64,000 nucleotides of DNA, taken from Nageia nagi. Lineage: Eukaryota; Plantae; Pinophyta. How positions within the stretch are numbered: position 1 is the first letter of the stretch; the number at the start of each line of letters is the position of its first letter. The stretch is from assembly GCA_050084985.1 (NCBI GenBank), contig JBITNC010000001.1:101060001-101124000 (forward strand). The letters run 5' to 3'. Position numbers and translations under genes: made by a program. Positions 14,001 to 26,000 of the stretch are shown here, piece by piece. The notes below the pieces were generated by a model, which ran no database searches, was not told the origin of the DNA, and saw nothing but the letters and a program-made list of their open reading frames with translations.

Positions 14001-17000
14001 ATATTTGTAAGTAGAAGAAATGCCACATGTCATTAGGATGTCTATGTGTTATTACGAAGTTGAAGAGTCACTAGGAATTTTTAGGGTTTCTTGAACTCCT
14101 TTTATGCTTATCAATTTGGAATGTAATTTGGCTTTTTGGAGTTAATACTACTTCGGATTTGCATCCTCATACTAAGCCTTACACTTTCTTTTTGTTCTTT
14201 TCCAATTTTCACAGAATAAGAATTCAGGATCTGTACCCCTATTATCGATTCCATACTGATGTAAGCAACAACGAAATTATGCCTCAACACTAGAAGCTTT
14301 TACCAGTGAAAAAGCATTCAATTGAACATTCATGAAAAAAATTGATCTGCAAAATATGATAGCTGCTAGGAGGATATTTGAACACCTTGTAATCCTGCAT
14401 GAACTCATAATGCAAAACAGTATCAGGGGTATCACTTGCAGCCTTCAAGAATTTATCTAGACCCTTCCTTAACCCGTTGTCCACTACAAAACACATGAAA
14501 AAGAAGGCATAAGTAAACACAAAAAAAGCCTAAATTTTTAATTACTTTTATAGCAATGAGAACTTTCTTACATAGGGCATATGGAATTTAAACTTTAAAA
14601 CATCAAAAAATGAACATATCAAAAAGAAATCGAATTGGGATTAAAAAAAAATCATGCTGTGAAGCAATTTTGATGCCCATAAATATATTCCTGCCTAATC
14701 AGGAAAACTCATACTTTTTGGGACAACTTCAGATCATTACTCTAATAGCTTACCACAATTTGTGCCAAGCACGTACAGTTCTTCAAGTCCCAAATGCTTT
14801 TCCACTGATCTCAATGCTGCAATTTAGAACCAAAGTCCATGTCTTATCCAAAGAAAAAGATAGAAAGCCAAATTATATTTCATATAATAGTGAAAAATCT
14901 ATAACCACCTTGCACCTGGCAACCTACTCCACAAAAAAGCAGCCGCTTCACGCCAAGTGCCTAGAATTCCAAAATGCAAAGTCATATACTAAATGGCATT
15001 TTCATTTTCATTATACATGGACAGGCCTGATACTAATAAGTATAAAATCCTAGAAATGTATTTTGGTTAAAAGGCGCTTTGGCCCCAAAGGTTAGTACAT
15101 CACTTGAATGAAATACAGGTAAATGTAAGTCCAGGCTTGAAGACTGAGCATAGCCATTTAAATAATCCATGGCACATATGATACAGAATAAAGTACCTCA
15201 ACAAGAGCCAGCGTATTCAAATTAGGAGATAATGTCGGCTTCACCCCTTTTGCCGCAAGAACTTCCTCTGGTGTCCTATCACAAATGGCATACGCTTATT
15301 ATGAGTTATTAATAATATTTAATAATGTCATTACAGCCTTTCCTTAAAATATCATAAAAACACATCAAATTTGGAAAGTTGAAGACAAGCAATATTCCAT
15401 AATGTAAATACTTTAAAAGTTCTAATGTGAATCATAACTACAAAATCTCTTAACAGACTCCCATTCCAGAAGTCTGATATAAACACTTTGATTTCAATTA
15501 GATATGAACTAACTTGTAAAGATAACGAGGCTATTGACTGGCTTTATTACAAGCATTCTTTATTTCAAGCAAACATTTCATTGCATACACTTACCTAGCA
15601 ACAACTGGCTTTGGCATAAACCTATCTTCCGGATCACTGCACAGAATGAAATTATTATAAACTGCAGCATCTCCTTCATGACCACCAAAGCAAAATGCAA
15701 ATTTTATCATACCTTAGTTCCCTAGGATGCAATAACTGTAGACCAAGAAGAAGAATACCATGGTCATAGTTTAATTACTTAAATCAAGTACCTTTGAACA
15801 CAAACAACTGCATCCACTTTGTTAGAAGCTAACATCTCCATGGCGATAGTGGTCACAATACCTGTCCACTGTGCTCCTAGAATTCCAATAAAACATTCAT
15901 TCAACATATATGCAGCATAATAAAAATAAAATGTATGTAATATTCAAAAGAAAATTTAGTTGTACGATTAAGAACAGATCCAATATAACATCAAGTTATC
16001 AACTAGATCAACATTAGTTCAACACTATCCATAGAGATCCTAATTGGAAAATATACAAACAAATAAAACCTGGACTAATTCTGACTTAAATCTTATCACC
16101 AGCTTTATCTGATTAGAGAGAAACTCCAGTTTCCCAAGAAAAATTCTCAGTTAAAATAATAGTCTTTGGTTTAAATATTGCTGCATCCATTAGTGAATCC
16201 TTGTATACCCACAAAAAACTCTCTGGGTAAAGAGAAGAAAAACCAAAGCTCACTGGACCCCTGACCACATCCACAAAAATGGTAGTGAATTTGACTTTGA
16301 TGGTGCTTCCAATAGAAGTCTTAGAATGGCTGGGGCAGGAGTAACCAAATATCATATGGGGAATTCCTGTGACAACATCAACAATAGAGCCTCAAATAAG
16401 ATTATTGACAGGTACCTATATCTTTGTTGGATAGAGATCAATGCTATCAAATTTCAAATTTAATGCAATCTTTCTCACTCATTGTGGCAAATCAGTGAAA
16501 ATGCTGATTGGCTAGCTTATCTTGGAGTGTCATTGGTAGCTAGTCAACAAAATAACCATGTGCTGTATGGAGACTTCCATGAGGATCATATTTAACAAGC
16601 AAATAAGTTAATAAGAAATTTAGAACTGATATTTCAAACAAGACATAGCATTGTAATATAGTTCTAAGGTTCTGAAAGGCCTTACAATTTCTATGATCTC
16701 TACATCTCTGAATTTGATCCGACTGCTGCTACATAATCTATAATTAGGTCACAGACTTTGAGAACTGTCAAAAGGACATGCGTCAGATACCTAACTTAAC
16801 ATTAATATAGGTTCTTATTTATTACGTACTATATTAAAATTATTTAGGAATACTATCTAGGGTCTTTATTTATTAAAGAATAATAAACACCATTAAATAA
16901 ATTATAAAATTAACAGCCGACATATTTCTAATATATGTGTATTAGGGTTGATTTCATATTTATTTATGAGTCACACAACCAAACTTTTTACAATCAATAT

Positions 17001-20000
17001 TGTGGATTAGCCATATCATTGGTGATAAGGGCTGTTGCCCTACAATATATTCTTTGCATTTTGCTCTTTTATCTTTGCGTTCATATTTCTTCTTTCTTAA
17101 GAGTGTGTTGGTGTCATGTTTGTATTAAGCTAATGTCATTATTCCAACTATTTGAGCTTTAATGGGAACATTATATTTGTTGACATGGGTGTAACGACCA
17201 CAACACAATTTTCATGTTTCTTGTCAAAGGCTATACACTCCTTGATGTCAACAATATCTTTATATTTCTCTCAGCAATTGTGCAATGCTAAAAAAAAATC
17301 GCTTCAAATTGGGAGCATAACAAATACCTTTGAATATTTTTTTTTCATTTCTTTGTGTCAATTGGTGAGGTTAACTTTCTAGTCACCTCCAATGCTCAAT
17401 TGTCTACAAATTTTACCTTGGTCTTGACATTCTCATCCGAATACACAAAAGAATTCCTATTTCCAGTCATAATATATGTAACATATAGAATCCAAGTACT
17501 ATTCTTCCTTATTTGAATTTTTAGCCATGTTATAAAATATAAACACAATTTTAGGAACTTCACCTTCACTTTTGTCTAGAACGTAGCTTGCCTTTTTCTC
17601 CTCATTAGCAATTTTGAATTTATGCTCTTTCTTGAAGTGGCCAAACTTCTTGTAATAATGACACTGAATCCTTTTCTTATGAAAATTTCCTTTAATTTTT
17701 CTCCTTGGGCTCCCTTCTTTTCTTTCCCATTTTCCCTAGGCAATTAGAGCTTGAACTATCTCCTCCATTGCTATAAACCCTTCCTTTAATGTAAAAAAGC
17801 ATGTTCAAAACTTTTACCATCTCAATTTATTCTATCTTCATGGGATGGCAAAGCCCCAACTCATCAAAAATGAGTTTACTCAAATCCTTGGTCTCCTTTA
17901 AGATGAATGCAACTAAATTCCACTTTAGTATCAATGATCTCAACAACTTTTTTAATACCACACCTGATTTGAATCTTTCACCAAAGATACTCCTTTTGTG
18001 TACAATTTCAATGACTCTTACAAAAAATCCTCATTCTCATCATCTCTCATCTTTCACCAATGACTCTTTACACAAAATCTATGACGTACCATTTGGACCA
18101 TTGACAAAATGTGTCATGGTCACTTTGTAATCTAGTGTTTGTTTATGATCATGTTGTACATGTGTAACTCAAGCAGGAGCTTATGATCTGCGAACCCCAC
18201 TGTGAGCCCAGTAATGGGACGTCTCCCCTTGAGTAGTGTTGTGTTAACTTGTAATGGGTTATCCCGGATTGTGGGAATCCCTAGATAGGCATGAGTCTTA
18301 TATAGTCCAGAGGTACATAGAGGAGCATACAACGTTGGAAGGGCCCCACATAGCCCATGTTGGCTTATGAGGCCACTTAGACACCCACATCAACTCAAGG
18401 AGGCTCATTAGACCCCACATTGGCATGGTTGACCTATTGACTCCAACATTGGAATAGACTTGGCTTGGGATGATAACGAGGCATGATGGATAGACACGTG
18501 AGGCTATATATTGAGGATGGAGCTCCATGATGAGATTAGCTATTGATTATACTTCTTCTATACAGAACCCGATTGAGCAAACAAGTCTTGGCGGTGCCGA
18601 GCATTATTCCTAGACGACGTCTAGAGGGTGATAAGGATGGGAGCCTGGCACTCTACGACTTAGGTGGGTCACTTAGTCCATTTGGTGGTATTCCAAGGGC
18701 GAGCTTCTACCTTCAGTGGTTGCCAGGGTTCGAGGAGGCTCCTTCGCAAGAGAAGATTTGGAGTCTGAGGGAATGAGTCTTTCCTGTGGTGTTCGACTTG
18801 TAGAGGGTTTGGAACCCTAGATCGGGATATTGAGATCCTCATTGTATTCCATACACTATCATAATAAAATAAATCTTGTGCCTCTCTCCATTGTGTGTTC
18901 ATGTGTTGTATCTCTTATATATTGGTGTTGGAAGCTTCATTGCATTCGTAGGTGTTCAAGCATTGTGTATGCATCTATGAGACATTCGTTAAGGTGCCAA
19001 GTGTTGGTGTGTACCCTAGAGGGCTGACGTTAGGGTGTAGGGGTTGCGTGGAAGCCTTAGGAGGCTCACGTCTGCATTATAGTGTCTTTGGGTACCCTAG
19101 GGGCCCAACGTGGGGGTAATTGCATCATTGTTGAGGGTTTGGGCATCATAGTTGAAGTTGTTTTTGTTGAGGGTGATTTTAGGACATCACAAGTGGTATC
19201 AAAGCCAAGATCTTGTCAGCCTAAGGGAATGAAGGGCCAATCCACAATCACTATGAAGAAGTCGAAATATGGTTCGAAGGTGTTTCCTCATTTTCTCCTG
19301 AGGTTTGAGGAGGAAAAGATCCCAATGGAGGAACAACGAAAGCTCATTTGGTATCTTGGCAAAATACATGCAGACAGAATGTGTAAGAAGGGGAGGCCAT
19401 GTCTTCCTAGAACAAATCCGGCGCATAAGGCACCACCACAGATTGAGATCTTACTCCAGATCTATCGTGGTATGGCTGAAGGTTTTCAGAAGGATGTCAC
19501 CTTCCATGTGTATCAAGATTGGCTTGGTTATGGAGCGAACATATGGGATGGGAATTTCATTGGGGAAGATGATGTCCCAGCCCTAACAGTCAATTCGAAG
19601 GGTGGCGATAAGGAGGAAGATGCCTGGGATCTGAAGGAGAAGGACGATTCGGATGAAGGTAGCCATGAAGGAGCAGCTTTGAACCTGAAAAAGAAAGCAG
19701 AACGAAAGATATCCCTCCGATCCAGTGCCACACACAACCGATTAGAAAAGATCACGGAAGTGATCTCTAGTGGCTATTTCGAAACCTCCTTGGTGTCCAA
19801 CATTAGCCCTCCTTTGGATAGTGTGAAGATGCAAACCCATTCATTATCATTCTTTCGAATCGGGGTTTTGAACACATGGTAGAGCTAGAGGATGGCGCGA
19901 AGCCTGTCATAATCACGCCATACAGACATCCCAAAGCCTATAAAGATGAGATCAAAAAGGCCATCAAGGAGTTATTGGATATGGGGTTCATCAGACCCAG

Positions 20001-23000
20001 CACTAGCACTTTTGCATCCTCAATAGTTTTGGTGAAGAAGGATGGGACCATGAGGATGTGTATTGACTATCGACTGATAAACAAGAAGACTATCAAGAAC
20101 CAATATCCGATCCCAACGATAAATGAACTCATAGATGAGTTACATGGAGCCAAGTACTTCTCCAAGATTGATCTAAGATCAGGGTATCATCAAATCTGGA
20201 TGAAGAAGGAGGGCATACACAAGATAGCATTTTGTTGCCACTTTGGCCACTTTGAGTTCCTGGTGATGCCATTCGGATTGACCAATGCTCTTGCCACTTT
20301 CCAATCAGCGATCAATCAAGTGTTTCGGGAGCATTTGAGGAAGCACGTCTTAGTATTCTTTGATGACATATTGATCTACAACAAGACGTGGGAGGAGCAT
20401 CTCAGCCATTTGGATAGTGTGCTAAGGGTATTGCAGAAGCAACGGTTCTATGCCATGCTATCCAAATGTGAGTTCGGAATGTTGGAGATCTTGTATCTAG
20501 GGCATGTGATAAGCCACGAAGGAGTAAGGGTGGACGAACAGAAGATCTCTACTATTCAAGAATGACCGATCCCCACAGCCCTCACGCAGCTGAGAGGATT
20601 CCTTGGGTTATGCAACTATTATCGGAGATTTATTCAGGGGTTTTCTCACTTAGTGGCACCCCTCACGCAACTCACCAAGAAGGATGCCTTCATTTGGAGT
20701 GATGAGTTCGTGACAGAGTTTCAGAAGCTGGCAGTGATGATCCACCACATTCCTGAGGAGAGGCCGACGTTCCTGTTCATTGAGGGGTTGGCCGAACCAT
20801 TGAGAGGGAGGGTCAAGGTTTCATATCCCAGGACCTTGGACGATGCCATTCGAGTTGCATATAACTTGGAGCCTACAGTGAAATCCCTTAGGGGAGGACC
20901 GGCCAACAAGTTACCACCAAGTCGAAGAATGTGAGAAGAGCCTAGCAAGGCCAAAGCACCCCTCGTGCCTGGATCGGATCAGTTCGATGCTACTGCTAGA
21001 AAGAAGCTAAGACAGGAGGGCAAGTGCTTCTATTGCAAGAAGTGGGAGCCAGGACACTGTTGCATAGGTAAAGGATAGGCACACTCCATCGAGTTGCTTC
21101 TTGAGGATAGCTCGGAGGAGTCAGAGCTGGACCTGAATGAGGAGGTGGTGGACTCACAATTGCTGCGTGCGAAGGGCACATTGGGAAACATGGTAGCTTC
21201 ACTTCATGGGGTGAAAAAGTTCCTGACGTTGAAACTAATTGGTCAAGCTTACGGTCAAGATGTCATGGTGATGATAGATCCGGGGCATCACACAATTTCA
21301 TTGACATCAATTTCGCAGAAAGGACCTGAAGACTAAGGGTTTTGAGGGCTTCCGAGTTTCGAACGCTAATGGCAAGCTGACATTGGTTGATCGGATTGTG
21401 GAGAGATTGGGGATCAAGCTATAGGGTTGTGTGGTAAGGGAGAACTTCTACCTGTATCCACTCATGGGGCAACCACATGTCATTTTAGGGGTGCAATGGT
21501 TGTTCGAGTTGGGTGACATTCACACCAACTACCAAGACCTTACTATGAGGTTTGAGATGGATGGGGTGGAGTACATACGACAAGGGCTGCGAGAGGACAC
21601 GTAGAGGACCAACAACTGGCTAGAGTCAGTGGAGTAGGGATGGGATGATACCAAGAGGACCTCGTTGAGCTTGGACAGGGCTAGGATAGCCACGTTTGGT
21701 GGCCAAGAAGGTTGGAGAACCACATTGATCTTGGACAGGGCTAGGACAGCCACGTTTGGTTGCCAGGGAGGTTGGAGCCCCACGTTGGGTAGGAGGCTAG
21801 CTGGGATGGTCACGTTGGGTACCCAGGGAGTTTGGGATCCCACGTTGGATGCAGTGTCATAAAAGGCAGTTCTCTTGGATACCCAAGGACGAGGGAACCC
21901 ACCGATGGGCCTTAGGGAAGTAGAAGAGCCTATACGGAGTACTCAAGGGCTCTGGAACCCCACTTTGCAGATTGGGGGATCACTCGTTGATGAGGTCAGC
22001 ACAAATCCAGAAAGAAGCCTAGGCCCAATACATTTTGTGCTGACAATCACTTTTTACAAGACATTGTAGGTACAATTCCATGTGGGGACACTCAATTCCG
22101 TGGTTGAAGAGATTCATCCATGAACATATACTAAGGAGAGATTGCCATGGACACTTCATGAGTTCGCAGATCACTAAACTATTCAGCGCTGGAGACTCAC
22201 TACAGCCAGACGAACTCAAGATCCGAATGGTTTTCCAGAGAGACAGGGTGCAGTTGAAGACACCAAAGGATCCTTGGAAGACAACCCTTAGTTATCTCCT
22301 ACCATTGCTTGAGGGCAAGCAATTCGCGAGGGGAGGCTTTGTGACGTCCCATTTGGACCATTGACAAAATGTGTCATGGTCACTTTGTAATCTAGTGTTT
22401 GTTTATGATTATGTTGTACATGTGTAACTCAAGCAGAAGCTTATGGTTTGCAAACCCCACTATGATCCCAGTAATGGGACGTCTCCCCTTGAGTAGTGTT
22501 GTGTTAACTTATAATGGGTTATCCCCAATTGTGGGAATCCCTAGATAGGCATGAGTCTTGTATAGTCCAAAGGTGCCTAGAGGAGCATTCCAACATTGGG
22601 AGGGCCCCACATACCCCACATTGGCTTATGAGGCCACTTAGACCCCTACATCAGCTCAAGGAGGCTCATTAGACCCCGCGTCAGCCTTGAGGGCCTTTAT
22701 GGTCCCCACGTTGGCACATTGGGCTTTGAGACCCCCACGTCAGCATATTGGGCCAATATGACCCCCATGTTGGCATGGTTGACCTGTTGACCCCAAAATT
22801 GGAATAGACTTGGTTTGGGATGATAACGAGGCATGATAGATAGACACATGAGGCTATCTATTGAGGATGGAGCTTTATGATGAGATTAGCTATTGATTAT
22901 ACTTCTTATTTACAGAACCCGATCGAGCAAACAAGTCTTGGTGGTGTCAAGCATTATTCCTAGACAGCATCTAGAGAGGTGGCAAGGTTGGGAGCCTGGC

Positions 23001-26000
23001 CCTCTTCCGAGGGCGAGCTTCTACCTTTGGTGGTTGCCAGGGTTCGAGGAGGCTCCTTCGCAGAAGAAGATTCAAAGTCTAAGGGAGTGAGTCTTTCCTA
23101 TGGTGTTCAACTTGCAAAGGGTTTGGAACCCTAGATTTGGATATTGAGATCCTCATTGTATTCCATTCACTATCATAATAAAATAAATCTTGTGCCTCTC
23201 TCCATTGTGTGTTCATGTGTTGTATCTCTTATACACTAGTGTTGGAAGCTTCATTGCATTCGTACGTGTTCAGGCATTGTGTATGCATCTGTGAGACATT
23301 CATTGAGGTGCCAAGTGTTGGTGTGTGCCCTAGAGGGTTGATGTCAAGGTGTAGGGGTTGCGTGGAAGCCTTAAGAGGCTCACATTTGCATTATAGTGTC
23401 TTTGGGTGCCCTAAGGGCCCAACATGAGTGTAACTACATCATTGATGAGGGTTTGAGCATCATAGTTGAAGTTGTTTTTGCTGAGGGTGATTTTAGGACA
23501 TCACAAAATCCGACATACAAACAAGAATTCCCAACATTCTAGCACTGCAAGCCTAGAATGCAAATGCTTTGGTCTTGCACCTCAACAACCCTTGTGATTG
23601 AACCAAGTTGTTCTAGATTGTCTACATATCAATTCTACAATCATCTTCAACAAAATCATTTGCAAAATCAACCAAATTGGCTACAACCAGAGTTCGCCCT
23701 CCAAGAACACAAGTTATCTATCAACAACCTTTGAATCCCCCTTGATCCCATAAGTTCTTTATATCTCCTCTACTCAAATTGCAAAATACTAGTTGATATA
23801 TCTTTATACTGCCATTTAGCCATTAATCAACTTTCATTCATAAACATAAATAAATGTATTTATTTTAATACATGTTTTTATTTCTAATTTGGTGAATCTA
23901 GTTGTTTTTATTTTTCAAAACACTAGGTTTTTGGTGAACCAAATGATATAAAAGTTCTTGACCAAAAACCTAGAATTTGTCAATATTTTGCTCGGTCCAA
24001 TGACCCCTACCCACTCTAAAATCTTGTCCATATCAGAGGTTTCTAGTGAGTTGTATTTTGGAAAAACTCTTATGAAAATCATCAAAATTTAAATAAAAAA
24101 CTTACCTCATCCAAAGCCTAGTCAAAATCTTAGATTTAACCTTAAAGCATCATGGCTTCATTTTAAAACAAGCCAAATTTGATCCAACAACTTTTCAATG
24201 AACATAGCAAGCAAGAGGAATAACAACTTCTTTTGCAACAAAAACAAAATAATCAAAATGTTTATAGTTCAACTCTAGCAACACAAGCAAAATAAAAAAC
24301 AATAGAATTGAGAAAACTATTGCATCAAACTAGGGCTGAGATAAAATCCATTAAATTACAAAGTGAGCCACATTACTCTTACAAAAATCTAGTCAAGGTC
24401 CTCTCTCTAAAAATTTAGAATGCTCCTCTTTCTCACAACTACAAATCTTCAACATTTGAGACATTTAATGGAGAATATCCAAGACAACATCTATTACTAT
24501 TTCAAAAAGAATGTAGTATGAAATTTGGCAATGATGACAACATAATGGCTAGATTCTTCCTAGGAGTCTTAAAGGTGAAGCATTTGATTGGTTTTACAAT
24601 CTTGCTCCTAGATCTCTCCATAGTTTTTGAAGATGTAGTTGATGCATTTATTAATCAATTCAAATATAACATCAAGAAACCACCTCCATTAGTAGATCTC
24701 AATACAATTCAACAAGGACCTGGTGAGATGCTTCATAAATAATAAAATATATTCCTAGATTCAAGAAACTAGGGCAATGCATCTACATTCATATAGAATA
24801 ATTAGACGACAATGAGACTCTTGTGAATTCTTTGATTAAAAGTATAAGGCCATGTGTATACAATAATAGCAATTCACTCTTTAGGAGTTTGATTCAAATG
24901 ATAATCACAAAAGAAAAATTCTTAATAGTAAAAAATGGAAACCCAAGTGGCAATAACAATGCTAAAAACTCTATCCTAGAAATAAAAATGATAATAATAC
25001 AGTGAATGCAGTTGAAGCTAATAATAATAATACAATGAATACAAGGTCTCAAACTCAAAGAGTTGAAAACCCTTTTTTCCCTTTAACATCTTGAATAATC
25101 CTTAATGACCTACTACAAAAACAATTGATTATGTTACTTCCAAAATTTCCTCAAGATGACAACAATACAATAAAACCAATATGGAGGTTACCATCATGCT
25201 AAAGGCCATATCCAATGTTGTAAACTCATAAATAAAATTCAATGATTGATGAATGAACAAATTTATGTCTGCCCAACTACAATAGCCAATAATCAAGTTG
25301 AAAATCAGAGTAAGATTGTCAATAATACTAAATAACTCATGGAATAGAATTAGATGGCTTCAATAGGGCAACATTTTTGGATCACAAATTATACATCCAC
25401 ACTTGTCTAAGATTGCATCTGTACAAAGATTTTCAAGTCAGAAAACCAATACAAATCTTTAACAAGATAAAAAAACAACCATCTAGAATGGCAATGCTAT
25501 AGAACCCTAGGTCCTATTGTGCCCGCACAACACGCCTCTTAACTTCCACAAAATTTGGGGACCTTACCTTTTTTGCAAAATGGCACCTTCAACAATTGAA
25601 TTCCAAGAAAAACAAGAGCTAAAAATGGGATCAGCATGCATTGGTTAAAATCCTCCAAAAATTTCCAAGTCCTCAAAGACTAGCACAATTTCACTCAAGG
25701 TCACATATTTTCAAGAGAGTGCACAAGCTAAGTTTATAAAGGGTGCGATCGGGGGGGGGGGTGAATTTTTTTAAGTTTTGGATCGCACAATTTTTAGGTG
25801 CAAAAGTGATTTTTTTTCAAGAGGGCAACCTAGGCATAATAAAAGAAGTAAAACCTCCCAAAATTACAAATATTGGCTAGCCGACCTCAATTTGAGCAAA
25901 AAATTTCTAAGTATGGAGACTTCATGTGTTTTGGGGGAAATGCAAAAAGCATGTTCGAAAAAATGAGTGACCAAAGTTAGCAAAAAAATAGTAGGTTGAA

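Larger units (their letters stand above)
18080..23505 (+). mobile_element. Complete non-autonomous Ty3/gypsy element with rearranged interior
   Basis: 5' LTR 18080-19191, 3' LTR 22340-23505, perfect TSD AAATC (18075-79 and 23506-10), tRNA-Met-like PBS TGGTATCAAAGC at 19194, PPT GAGGGGAGG at about 22328-22336. RT 19876-20565 ([27 protein letters not shown]); gag/CCHC 20701-21070; protease IDPG(A)SHNF about 21270. Confidence 0.95.

Noticed and set aside
14610-15053. 147-aa plus-strand ORF
   Set aside because: Antisense shadow over HCAR exons 8-9 with no recognisable motif.
14960-15888. Identical TTGGAATTCTAG|G acceptor before exons 5 and 8
   Set aside because: A 13-nt match partly explained by the acceptor consensus; no wider similarity to support duplication.
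19082-19882. 266-aa ORF as a host gene
   Set aside because: Starts inside the LTR and crosses the PBS; it is the 5' ORF of the gypsy element.
21640-21980. Regularly spaced about 30-bp repeats (also in LTRs at 22660, 39400, 43500, 59150) resembling a CRISPR array
   Set aside because: Degenerate tandem units inside plant LTR elements, with no unique spacers, no cas genes and a eukaryotic context.
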